A stretch of 64,000 nucleotides of DNA from Acetobacteraceae bacterium (lineage in GTDB: Bacteria; Pseudomonadota; Alphaproteobacteria; Acetobacterales; Acetobacteraceae): contig OZ255824.1 in the NCBI GenBank assembly GCA_965277495.1, positions 2,687,452 to 2,751,451 on the forward strand. The letters are read 5' to 3'. The position numbers and the translations under genes were made by a program. This document shows, piece by piece, positions 55,766-64,000 of this stretch (position 1 is its first letter; each line of letters opens with the position of its first letter). The notes below the pieces were generated by a model. The model made no database searches and was not told the DNA's origin. It saw only the letters and a list, made by a program, of their open reading frames with translations.

Positions 55766-56699
55766 GATGCCCGGGCTGCAATTCCTCAAGCGGCGGCTCG
55801 GCGCGCAGGCATCCGGCGTCGCCGCGCGTGCAGCGGTTCGCGAAGCGGCAGCCGGTCAGCCCGGCGTCCAGCGTCGGCACCGCGCCGGGGATGACCGGCA
55901 GCCGCGCCACCCGATGATCGGGATCGGGCAAGGTCGCGATCAGGCCGAGCGTGTAGGGATGCAGCGGCTGCGCGAACAGCGCCTCCGCCGGCGCCCGTTC
56001 CACGACCCGCCCGGCATACATGACGATGATGTCGTGGGCGATCTCGGACACCACGGCCAGGTTGTGGCTGATGAACTGGATCGCCATGCCGATGCGCGCC
56101 TGCAAGTCGAGCATGAGGTCGACGATCTGCGCCTGGATGGTCACGTCCAGCGCGGTGGTCGGCTCGTCGGCGATCAGCAGCTTCGGCTCGCAGGCCAGCG
56201 CCATGGCGATCATCGCCCGCTGGCGCATGCCGCCCGAGAGCTGGTGCGGATAGGCCCGCGCCCGCTCGCCCGGCGAGTTGATGCCGACTGCCTCCAGCAG
56301 CCCGACGGCCTGTTCTTCCGCGGCGGCCCAGGCGGTATGGCGGTGCAGCACCAGCACCTCGGCGATCTGCCGGCCCACCGGCATAACGGGGTTCAGCGCC
56401 GTCATCGGCTCCTGGAACACCATCGCCACCTGCTCGCCGCGCAGCCGCCGCCACGCCGCCTCCGGCTGGCCGACCAGCTCGCGCCCGTCAAAGCGGATCG
56501 ATCCCGTGACCTCGCCGGGCCGGGGCACCAGCCCCATCATCGCCAGCGCCGTCACCGATTTGCCGCAGCCGCTTTCCCCGACCACGCCCAGCGTCCGGCC
56601 CGGCGCGATTGAGTAATCGACTCCCGCCACCACTTCCCGCCGCCCGCCTGGACGCGGAAAGGCGACGCGCAGGCCGGAGACCTCCAACAATGCGCTCAC
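55737..56699 (-). CDS. Peptide ABC ATPase (DppD/OppD-like)
   Basis: [51 protein letters not shown]. Confidence 0.92.
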   Translation of the reverse strand: MSALLEVSGLRVAFPRPGGRREVVAGVDYSIAPGRTLGVVGESGCGKSVTALAMMGLVPRPGEVTGSIRFDGRELVGQPEAAWRRLRGEQVAMVFQEPMTALNPVMPVGRQIAEVLVLHRHTAWAAAEEQAVGLLEAVGINSPGERARAYPHQLSGGMRQRAMIAMALACEPKLLIADEPTTALDVTIQAQIVDLMLDLQARIGMAIQFISHNLAVVSEIAHDIIVMYAGRVVERAPAEALFAQPLHPYTLGLIATLPDPDHRVARLPVIPGAVPTLDAGLTGCRFANRCTRGDAGCLRAEPPLEELQPGHLVACFKARV

Positions 56700-56709
56700 G
56701 CCGGGAGAC

Positions 56710-58374
56710 TCAGCCCGGATGCCAATTCTCGGACCACAGCGGGCTGTAGTCGCCATGGCCGGTCGCGACGAAGCCCTTCATCCACTTCGGCAGCACATAC
56801 TGTTCGGCACGGAAGAACAGCGGCAGCGCCGGTAGCTGGTCGGCGTAGATCTTCTGCATGTCCGCCCATAGCGGCTTCTGCTTGGCGGGATCGAGCTCCG
56901 CTTCGGACTGCGCGATATCGGCATCCATCTGCTTGTCGTTGAAGGCGAGCGCGTTGTTGCCGCCGTAGTTGTTGGCCGCCGTCGGGATCTGGTCGCTGCC
57001 GAGCGTCCGGCGCGGGCTCTCGCCCACCGGGCTCGACCACGCATACATCACCATCCCTTTGTATTTCCGCTGCTTGAGCGTCTCGCCGAACAGCGTGCGG
57101 GCCGGCTCATTGTGGATGGTGACCTCGATGCAGGCGGCCTTCCACTGGCTTTGCAGCACCTGCTGCTGCAGCTCGCGCAGGCGGTTCCCCGACGTGGTCA
57201 CGAACTCGACCGAGAGCCGGTCGCCCTTGGCATTGCGGCAGATGCCGTCCGGACCCGGCGTCCATCCGGCCTCGGCCAGCAGCGCCTTGGCCTTGGCCGG
57301 GTCATACGGGTAGGCGGCGGTGTCCTTGGTGGAGTTCGGATCGAGCGGGTTGACCCAGGTGGCGGCGACCGGCTGCTTGCCCTCGAACAGCCGCTTGACC
57401 ATGGTGTCGCGGTCCACGGCATACGCCATCGCACGGCGCACCCGCACGTCGGCCAGGATCGGGTTGTCGATCTGGAAGTCGATGTGCTCGTAGTTGAGGC
57501 TCGGTTTGAACAGGTAGTCGAATAGGTCGGGCTTCTGCTTCTGCAGCGCCAGCACCTGGTCGATGGTGAGCGCCGGCGCGTCGCCGGGCGTCATGTCGAC
57601 GTCGCCCGATTGCAGGTTGGCCTGCAGCGCCGCCGTATTCTCGATCAGCTTGATGACGATGCGCTTAAGCCCGGGTTTCTGCCCTGTCCAATAACGGTTT
57701 GGCTGGAACACCACCTGCACGCCGGACTGGTAATCGGTGAGCAGGAACGGCCCGTCCCACAAGCCCGGCGTCGTCGGCGCGCGGTTATACGCGGTCTGCT
57801 TGATGTAGTCGCCCGCCGCGGCCGATTTCGCATAGATCGGTCCCTCGATATGCTCGGGCAGCAACTGGTCCCATTCGTTGTAGGACACGGTGACGTTCTT
57901 CAGGTGCAGCACCGCCGTATGCTCGTCCACGACGTCGACCGAACTGGCGCGGTCCCATGGATGCGGGTTGCTGAAGCCCGACGCCGGGTCGGTGCCAAGC
58001 TTCCAGGTGAAAGCGAGGTCCTTGGTCGTGACCGGCACGCCGTCGCCCCATGTCAGGTCGGGCTTGAGCTTGATCGTGACCGCCATGCCCTGCTTGCCGT
58101 CGCCGAGGTCCTCGATCTTGGCGAGCCCGTTTTCGACCGTCGGCAGCTCGGTGCACAGCAGGCACGAGTTCTTCCAATCCTTGTCGAAGGCGGTGATCGG
58201 GCGGAGGGCGAAATCAACCACATAGAGCTTGATCACCTCCGCATCGATGTCCGGGTGCAGACTGGACGGGAACTGCGCCACCCCGATCACCAGGTCGTCC
58301 TTCGCCTGGGCCGCCGGCGCCAGAAGCGGGGCGCTCAGCAGGCATAGGGCAACGAGCCCGGCACGGTGGGTCAT
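56710..58374 (-). CDS. Peptide ABC substrate-binding protein (family 5)
   Basis: Signal peptide ending AQA; LKPDLTWGDGVPVT; VRRAMAYAVDR; LLAEAGW; LPALPLF. Confidence 0.9.
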   Translation of the reverse strand: MTHRAGLVALCLLSAPLLAPAAQAKDDLVIGVAQFPSSLHPDIDAEVIKLYVVDFALRPITAFDKDWKNSCLLCTELPTVENGLAKIEDLGDGKQGMAVTIKLKPDLTWGDGVPVTTKDLAFTWKLGTDPASGFSNPHPWDRASSVDVVDEHTAVLHLKNVTVSYNEWDQLLPEHIEGPIYAKSAAAGDYIKQTAYNRAPTTPGLWDGPFLLTDYQSGVQVVFQPNRYWTGQKPGLKRIVIKLIENTAALQANLQSGDVDMTPGDAPALTIDQVLALQKQKPDLFDYLFKPSLNYEHIDFQIDNPILADVRVRRAMAYAVDRDTMVKRLFEGKQPVAATWVNPLDPNSTKDTAAYPYDPAKAKALLAEAGWTPGPDGICRNAKGDRLSVEFVTTSGNRLRELQQQVLQSQWKAACIEVTIHNEPARTLFGETLKQRKYKGMVMYAWSSPVGESPRRTLGSDQIPTAANNYGGNNALAFNDKQMDADIAQSEAELDPAKQKPLWADMQKIYADQLPALPLFFRAEQYVLPKWMKGFVATGHGDYSPLWSENWHPG

Positions 58375-58582
58375 GTCGCAGGGTTCCTGGCGGTCGGGAT
58401 GTCGTCGGCGCAGGCCAATGAAACGGGCAACGGCGTAGGCTTGTCAATGCGGGGCTTCGATCAATCCGGTTCCCGGGTTTCTATCCCAAGTTTTGTTTCA
58501 CGTTCCCGTGAACGCACATGGCGCGGGCTTAAACCGTGCGTAATCATTTTTGGCCGCTGCGGGCCTTCAAACACGGTGACCC

Positions 58583-59719
58583 ATGAAATTCCCCTACGCC
58601 CTGGCGCTCGCCGCCGTGCTGCTCGTTGGCGGCGGATACGCCGGATGGCGGGAGTTCAGCGCCCACAGCAACCAGAACCAGGCTCCGCCGCCGCCGCCCG
58701 TGCCGGTCACTACGGCAATCAGCAAAACCGCCGACGTGCCGGTCTATTTGCGCGGCATCGGCACCGTTCAGGCGCTGAACTCGATTGAGGTGCATCCCCA
58801 GGTCGGCGGCGTGCTGATCAGCGTGCCGGTGCGCGAGGGGCAGGACGTGAAGCAGGGCGACGTCCTTGCCGTGATCGACCCGCGTCCGTATCAGGCGGCG
58901 CTCGACAAGGCGCAGGCGCAGATGCAGCAAGACCAAGCGCAGCTCGAGAACGGCAAGGCCGACCTTACGCGCTACTCGAGTCTCGCCCGCAGCGATTTCG
59001 CGTCCCGTCAGCAGGTCGAGACCCAGCAGGCCACGGTCGCGCGGTTCCAGGGCGTGATCGCCGCCGACCAGGCCGCGATCGACGACGCGCAGCTCAACCT
59101 CGGCTTCTGCGTGCTGCACGCCACGGTGGACGGGCGGGTGGGGCTGCGCCGGGTCGATCCCGGCAACCTGATCCAGGCCAACAGCAGCGGCCCGGGCATC
59201 CTGCTGGTCGTGCAGGTCCGGCCCATCGCCCTGGTGTTCACCTTGCCGGAAGAGGACGTGCGGCGGGTGCGGGAGGCCAATTCGCATGGGCCGCTGTCTG
59301 TGCTGATCGATAGCTCCGACGGGCGGGACGACCCCGCGCGCGGCACGCTGCTGACCACGGACAATGCCGTCAATGCCGCGAGCGGCACCATCCAGCTCAA
59401 GGCGACGTTCCCGAACGAGGACGACCGGTTGACGCCGGGCGAGTTCGTCAGCGCGCGGCTGCTGATACGCACCATGCGCGGCATAACCATCCCGCACGAG
59501 GCCGTGCAGCACGGGCAGAATGGCCTCTATGTCTTCACGGTCAAGCCGGACAATACCGCGGACCGGCGTGATATCCAGCTTGCCTATGACGACGGCACGA
59601 CGGCGATCATCGCCAAGGGGATCGACGACGGCGAGCAGGTTGTCGTCTCCGGCCAGACCCGTGTCGGCGTCGGCACGCGGCTGGCTCCGCAGGAACAAAC
59701 CCGGAGTGCGCAGCGTTGA
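58583..59719 (+). CDS. RND efflux membrane-fusion protein (MdtA-like)
   Basis: N-terminal TM; GIGTVQALN, IDPRPY, GRVGLRRVDPGN, GTIQLKATFPN. Confidence 0.9.
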   Translation: MKFPYALALAAVLLVGGGYAGWREFSAHSNQNQAPPPPPVPVTTAISKTADVPVYLRGIGTVQALNSIEVHPQVGGVLISVPVREGQDVKQGDVLAVIDPRPYQAALDKAQAQMQQDQAQLENGKADLTRYSSLARSDFASRQQVETQQATVARFQGVIAADQAAIDDAQLNLGFCVLHATVDGRVGLRRVDPGNLIQANSSGPGILLVVQVRPIALVFTLPEEDVRRVREANSHGPLSVLIDSSDGRDDPARGTLLTTDNAVNAASGTIQLKATFPNEDDRLTPGEFVSARLLIRTMRGITIPHEAVQHGQNGLYVFTVKPDNTADRRDIQLAYDDGTTAIIAKGIDDGEQVVVSGQTRVGVGTRLAPQEQTRSAQR

Positions 59720-62700
59720 GCATATCCAGCCCGTTCATCCGCCGTCCGATCGCCACCTCGCTGCTGGTTGCGGCCATTTTCCTGGCCGGCGCCGCAGCGT
59801 ATCCGTTCCTGCCGGTCTCGCCGCTGCCGGCAGTCGAGTTCCCGACCATCTCGGTGACCGGCTCATACCCCGGCGCCAGCCCGGCCACGATGGCGACCGC
59901 CGTCGCGACGCCGCTCGAAACCCAGTTCGGCCAGATCCCCGGCCTCGCGCAGATGACGTCGGTGAACGTCATGGGCAACTCGCAGATCACCCTGCAGTTC
60001 GACCTCAGCCGCGGCATCGACGCGGCCGCCGTGGACGTGCTCGAGGCGATCAACGCCGCCGGCGGGCAGTTGCCGAAGGACATCCCGAACCCGCCCACCT
60101 TCCGCAAGACCAACCCGGCCGACGCGCCCATCTTGATCATCGCCGTCCGCTCCGACACGCTGCCGATGACGGAGGTGGACGCGGCGGCGGAGAACATCCT
60201 GGCGCAGCAGCTCAGCCAGGTGTCCGGCGTGTCCCAAGTGCTCGTCGGCGGGCAGCAAACGCCGGCGGTGCGCGTCCAGGTCGACCCGGCGCGCCTGGCC
60301 GGCCTGGGCCTCACGCTCGAGGACGTGCGCAACGTGCTGGCCCAGTCCACCGCGAACCAGCCGAAGGGGTCGGTCGACGGGCCGCACCAGTCCTATACCG
60401 TCTATGCGAACGACCAGCGCACGCGTGCCGAGGAGTACAACGACGCCATCATCTCCTATCGCGACGGTGGCGCCGTGCGGGTGCGGGATGTGGGCAAGGC
60501 CATCGACGGGCCGACGAACCGCGAGCTCACGGCCTGGCAGGACAACAAGCCGGCCGTCTTGCTGCTGGTGTTCAAGCAGCCCGGCGCCAACGTGATCAGC
60601 ACGGTGGACGGGATACGCGCCAGGCTGCCGCGCCTGGTGCGCAGCGTGCCGGCGGACGTCCGCGTCGACATCGTCTCCGACCGCACGCAAACCATCCGCG
60701 CTTCGGTCAGCGACGTCGAGTTCACCCTAGGGCTGTCGATCGCGCTGGTGATCGCGGTCATCTTCGTGTTCTTGCGCAGCGTCTGGGCGACCGTCATCCC
60801 GAGCGTCACCATCCCGATCGCGCTGGTCGGCACCCTGGGCGTCATGTACCTGTGCGGGTTCAGCCTCGACAACCTCAGCCTGATGGGCCTCACCATCGCC
60901 GTGGGCTTCGTGGTCGACGACGCCATCGTCATGCTGGAGAACATCGTCCGCTACGTCGAGGACGGCATGACGCCGATGGATGCGGCGTTGAAGGGCGCCG
61001 GCGAGATCGGCTTCACCATCGTCAGCATCAGCATCAGCCTGATCGCGGTGTTCATACCCCTGTTGCTGATGGGTGGCATCGTCGGACGGCTGTTCCGCGA
61101 ATTCGCCGTCACCGTGTCCATCACCATCGCCGTGTCCGCGATGGTGTCGCTCACCCTCACCCCCATGATGGCGTCGCGCTTCCTTTCGTCCGAACGGCAT
61201 GAGCATGGGCGGGCATACAAGGCGGTCGAGGCAATGTTCGACGCGATGCTGCGCTTCTACGAGCGCACGCTGGACGTGGCGCTGCGGTTCCAGTTCATCA
61301 CGCTGATGGTGTTCCTGCTGACCGTCGCCGCCACCGTCGGCCTGTTCATCATTATCCCCAAGGGCTTCTTCCCGGTGCAGGACACCGGCATCATCATCGG
61401 CATCACCGACGCGGCGCAGGACGTGTCGTTCCAGGCCATGTCGCGCCTGCAAATGAAGGTGAACGAGCTGGTCGGGCAGGACCCGGCGGTCGCTGGCGTC
61501 ACCTCATCCGTCGGCGCCGGAGCGGGCGGGCAAACCGCGAACAACGGACGGCTGTATATTGCGTTGAAGCCCTGGAGCGAGCGCAGCGAGAACGCGGCCC
61601 AGATCGTGGCGCGGCTCAGCCAGAAGATGCAGGGCGTCGAGGGCATCCGGCTGTTCATGCAGCCGGCGCAGGACGTGAGCGTGGGCGGGCGGCTGTCGCG
61701 GACGCAATACCAATACACGCTGTCCGATCCGGACGGCGCCGAACTGAACACCTGGGCGCCGCGGGTGCTGGACAAGCTGCGCAGCATCCCGAGCCTGGCG
61801 GACGTGACGTCGGACGCGGCGGGCGCCGGGCTGACTGCGACGCTCACCTACGACAAGGAGGAGGCCGCGCGGTTTGGCGTGCAGCCCGGCACCATCGACG
61901 CGACGCTCGACGACGCATTCGGGCAGCGGCAGGTTGCGCAGTACTTCACCGCCCTCAAGGCGTATTACGTGGTGCTCGAGGTGACGCCGGGGCAGCAGGA
62001 GACGCTCGACACGCTGCGCCAGCTCTATGTCCGCACCTCATCGGGCGGGATGGCGCCGCTTTCGACGTTCGTGCGCATCGACACGGCGCCGGTGCAGCCG
62101 CTGGTGGTCAATCACCAGAGCCAGTTCCCGTCGGTGACGATCTCCTACAACCTGAAGCCCGGCGCATCGCTGGGCGAGTCCGTCACCGCCATCAACCAGG
62201 CGACTGCGGCGATGGGCGTGCCGTCGACGGTGACGGGGGCGTTCCAGGGCACGGCGCAGGCGTTCCAAAGCTCGCTCAGCTCGCAGCCGCTGCTGATCCT
62301 GGCGGCGCTGGTCGCGGTCTACATCATCCTGGGCATCCTGTATGAGAGCTACATCCTGCCGCTGACGATCCTGTCCACTTTGCCGTCGGCGGGGGTCGGG
62401 GCGCTATTGATGCTGCTGGCGGCTGGATACGACCTGACGGTGATCGCCATCGTGGGCATTATCCTGCTGATCGGCATCGTGAAAAAGAACGGCATCATCC
62501 TGGTGGATTTCGCCATCAATGCCGAGCGCAACGAGGGCGCGGAGCCGTTGGACGCGATCCGCCGGGCTTGCCTGCTGCGGTTCCGTCCGATCCTCATGAC
62601 GACGATGGCAGCGTTGCTGTCGGGCCTGCCGTTGATGCTCGAAAGCGGCGCCGGGTCCGAGCTGCGCAAGCCGCTCGGGTTCGCGATGGTGGGCGGGCTG

Positions 62701-62850
62701 GCATTGAGCCAGGTGCTGACGCTTTATACCACGCCGGTCATCTATCTGTATCTCGACCGCCTGCAGCGCTGGTTCGCCCCGGTGCCCAAGAAGCGCAACA
62801 TGCCCCGGCTCGCCGGCGCGATGCGGGCGGAGCCGGAGGCGTCGGGGTAG
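59716..62850 (+). CDS. RND efflux permease (MdtB/MdtC-like)
   Basis: FIRRPIATSLL, FVVDDAIVMLENI, GRLFREFA, GIVKKNGI, RFRPILMTT. ATGA coupling. Confidence 0.93.
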   Translation: MSISSPFIRRPIATSLLVAAIFLAGAAAYPFLPVSPLPAVEFPTISVTGSYPGASPATMATAVATPLETQFGQIPGLAQMTSVNVMGNSQITLQFDLSRGIDAAAVDVLEAINAAGGQLPKDIPNPPTFRKTNPADAPILIIAVRSDTLPMTEVDAAAENILAQQLSQVSGVSQVLVGGQQTPAVRVQVDPARLAGLGLTLEDVRNVLAQSTANQPKGSVDGPHQSYTVYANDQRTRAEEYNDAIISYRDGGAVRVRDVGKAIDGPTNRELTAWQDNKPAVLLLVFKQPGANVISTVDGIRARLPRLVRSVPADVRVDIVSDRTQTIRASVSDVEFTLGLSIALVIAVIFVFLRSVWATVIPSVTIPIALVGTLGVMYLCGFSLDNLSLMGLTIAVGFVVDDAIVMLENIVRYVEDGMTPMDAALKGAGEIGFTIVSISISLIAVFIPLLLMGGIVGRLFREFAVTVSITIAVSAMVSLTLTPMMASRFLSSERHEHGRAYKAVEAMFDAMLRFYERTLDVALRFQFITLMVFLLTVAATVGLFIIIPKGFFPVQDTGIIIGITDAAQDVSFQAMSRLQMKVNELVGQDPAVAGVTSSVGAGAGGQTANNGRLYIALKPWSERSENAAQIVARLSQKMQGVEGIRLFMQPAQDVSVGGRLSRTQYQYTLSDPDGAELNTWAPRVLDKLRSIPSLADVTSDAAGAGLTATLTYDKEEAARFGVQPGTIDATLDDAFGQRQVAQYFTALKAYYVVLEVTPGQQETLDTLRQLYVRTSSGGMAPLSTFVRIDTAPVQPLVVNHQSQFPSVTISYNLKPGASLGESVTAINQATAAMGVPSTVTGAFQGTAQAFQSSLSSQPLLILAALVAVYIILGILYESYILPLTILSTLPSAGVGALLMLLAAGYDLTVIAIVGIILLIGIVKKNGIILVDFAINAERNEGAEPLDAIRRACLLRFRPILMTTMAALLSGLPLMLESGAGSELRKPLGFAMVGGLALSQVLTLYTTPVIYLYLDRLQRWFAPVPKKRNMPRLAGAMRAEPEASG

Positions 62851-63001
62851 CCTGTTGCTGGCGTGAGAGTGGGTTGGCCTTCGCTGCTTGATCGAGCAGG
62901 CGGATGATGTGCGCGACCGTGATCGACAGACCATTCGGGGGATCCGTTCGCGCTATATATCAGTCCAACCAACACGGAACCGCTTGCGGTGATATGGCCC
63001 C

Positions 63002-64000
63002 ATGCCTCGCCTCGGCCTGCGTTTAACGCCGCACGGCCATCTGCTGCTGGAGCAGGCTGACGACGCGCCGGAGCTGGACGCGCGGATGGCAGCGCGCCTG
63101 GCCAATGCGTTTGGCCGCGGCAGCGGGCCGGGCCTGCTGCAGCTCGGGGCGGGCGAGGTGGGGCAAACGCTGCCGCCGGCATTTGCCTGGTGGCGCGGAT
63201 TTGCCGCGCGCTACGTGACGGCGTTGCGCCTGCATGCACCCGGCGGCAACGAGGGCGCCTCGTCCGCGTCCGCACTGCCCGATCTCGCTCCGCCCGATGC
63301 GGCGGAACTCGCCGCCCTGGCGCTGGCGGCGCCGATGATGCCGGGCTCCGAATACCTGGCGCCAGGCCTCCTGCGGACGCTGTGGGCGGACCTGGCGGCG
63401 GCGGCGTCCAACGCGCTGGCGGCTGCCAAAACGGACCTGCAAAGCTTCCTGAAAGCGCTGAACCCGGCCTGGAACCTCGTGGGGCGCGTGCACTTCAACC
63501 TGGCGGAAAACCGCCGCGACCCGGACTATCCGTTCGCCTTCATGGCGACCTACACGACGCAGCTCTCGGCGCAGGCCAAGGCCCAGCACCTCCCTTTGGG
63601 CCAGGCCCTGCGCGACTACGCAGGCAAAGCGGACAAGGGCAAGCTCCTGGCCTTGCTGGTGCCCATGCAGCGGGCGGCGGAAAGCTGCGCCTGGCTCCGT
63701 CCGATGGTGGACACGGGCGAGATCTTCCATCCCCTGCGCTGGAGCGTCCCCGATGCCTCGCGCTTCCTTTCGACCGTGCCGGAGCTGGAGGCCGCCGGCG
63801 TCGTCGTGCGCATGCCCGCGTCATGGCCCGCGAACCGCCCGGCGCGCCCCCGCGTGACGGCGACCGTCGGGACGCGCGCGCCCTCCGCCTTCGGCCTCGA
63901 TGGCTTGCTCGACTTCCAAGCGGAGATGACGCTGGAGGGCGAGCGGCTGACCGACCGGGAGATCAGCGCGCTGCTCGCCGGGACCGACGCCTTGGTGCTG
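63002..64000 (+). CDS. SNF2-related helicase, N-terminal part (3'-partial)
   Basis: Uncalled because it runs off the window: MPRLGLRLTPHG...LPPAFAWWR...GRVHFNLAEN...PFAFMATYT...GLDGLLDF. Resembles the N-terminus of bacterial SNF2 (DUF3670-type) helicases; the helicase motifs lie outside the window. Confidence 0.7.
   Translation, partial: MPRLGLRLTPHGHLLLEQADDAPELDARMAARLANAFGRGSGPGLLQLGAGEVGQTLPPAFAWWRGFAARYVTALRLHAPGGNEGASSASALPDLAPPDAAELAALALAAPMMPGSEYLAPGLLRTLWADLAAAASNALAAAKTDLQSFLKALNPAWNLVGRVHFNLAENRRDPDYPFAFMATYTTQLSAQAKAQHLPLGQALRDYAGKADKGKLLALLVPMQRAAESCAWLRPMVDTGEIFHPLRWSVPDASRFLSTVPELEAAGVVVRMPASWPANRPARPRVTATVGTRAPSAFGLDGLLDFQAEMTLEGERLTDREISALLAGTDALVL

Noticed and set aside
58583-62850. 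RND pump with one permease and no outer-membrane factor
   Set aside because: Common in alphaproteobacteria, which use a TolC-like protein encoded elsewhere; not unusual.
62966-62980. CAAC-N7-GAAC, one mismatch from the alphaproteobacterial LexA box, upstream of the SNF2 gene
   Set aside because: An 8-bp motif with one mismatch is expected by chance; there is no other support.

Overview
High-GC (~70%) alphaproteobacterial chromosome segment. The C-terminal domain of the GH16 protein resembles proteins I recall from Acetobacteraceae (inference, not searched). Left to right: (1) a co-oriented sugar-oxidation-like cluster (GH15, GMC oxidoreductase, EthD-like, amylo-alpha-1,6-glucosidase, DoxX, cupin, VOC, gluconolactonase); (2) a TetR-controlled catabolic operon (cyclase-family hydrolase, NitT/TauT ABC transporter, alpha/beta hydrolase) with twin palindromic operators; (3) a hisE relic next to ugpBAEC, then selO, a Bcr/CflA MFS exporter and a GH16-CBM-RTX protein; (4) a self-contained selenium formate dehydrogenase island: a UGA/SECIS-recoded, apparently Tat-less FDH alpha subunit, an Fe-S subunit, an NrfD anchor, two small unknown ORFs, tRNA-Sec and selB/selA/selD; (5) OYE, vWA, EEP and small secreted proteins; (6) a second, Cys-type Tat-exported FDH operon with its DUF accessory cluster, including a biotin-ligase-like gene that appears to start at AUC; (7) an uncalled 41-aa hydrophobic ORF inside a long nested RNA hairpin, DUF2474 and cydAB; (8) a peptide ABC operon with a 29-bp duplication that creates a coupled mini-ORF, an RND pump, and the 5' part of a SNF2-type helicase. 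No CRISPR array, IS element or rRNA was seen. All family assignments come from motif recognition by eye; no database searches were run.
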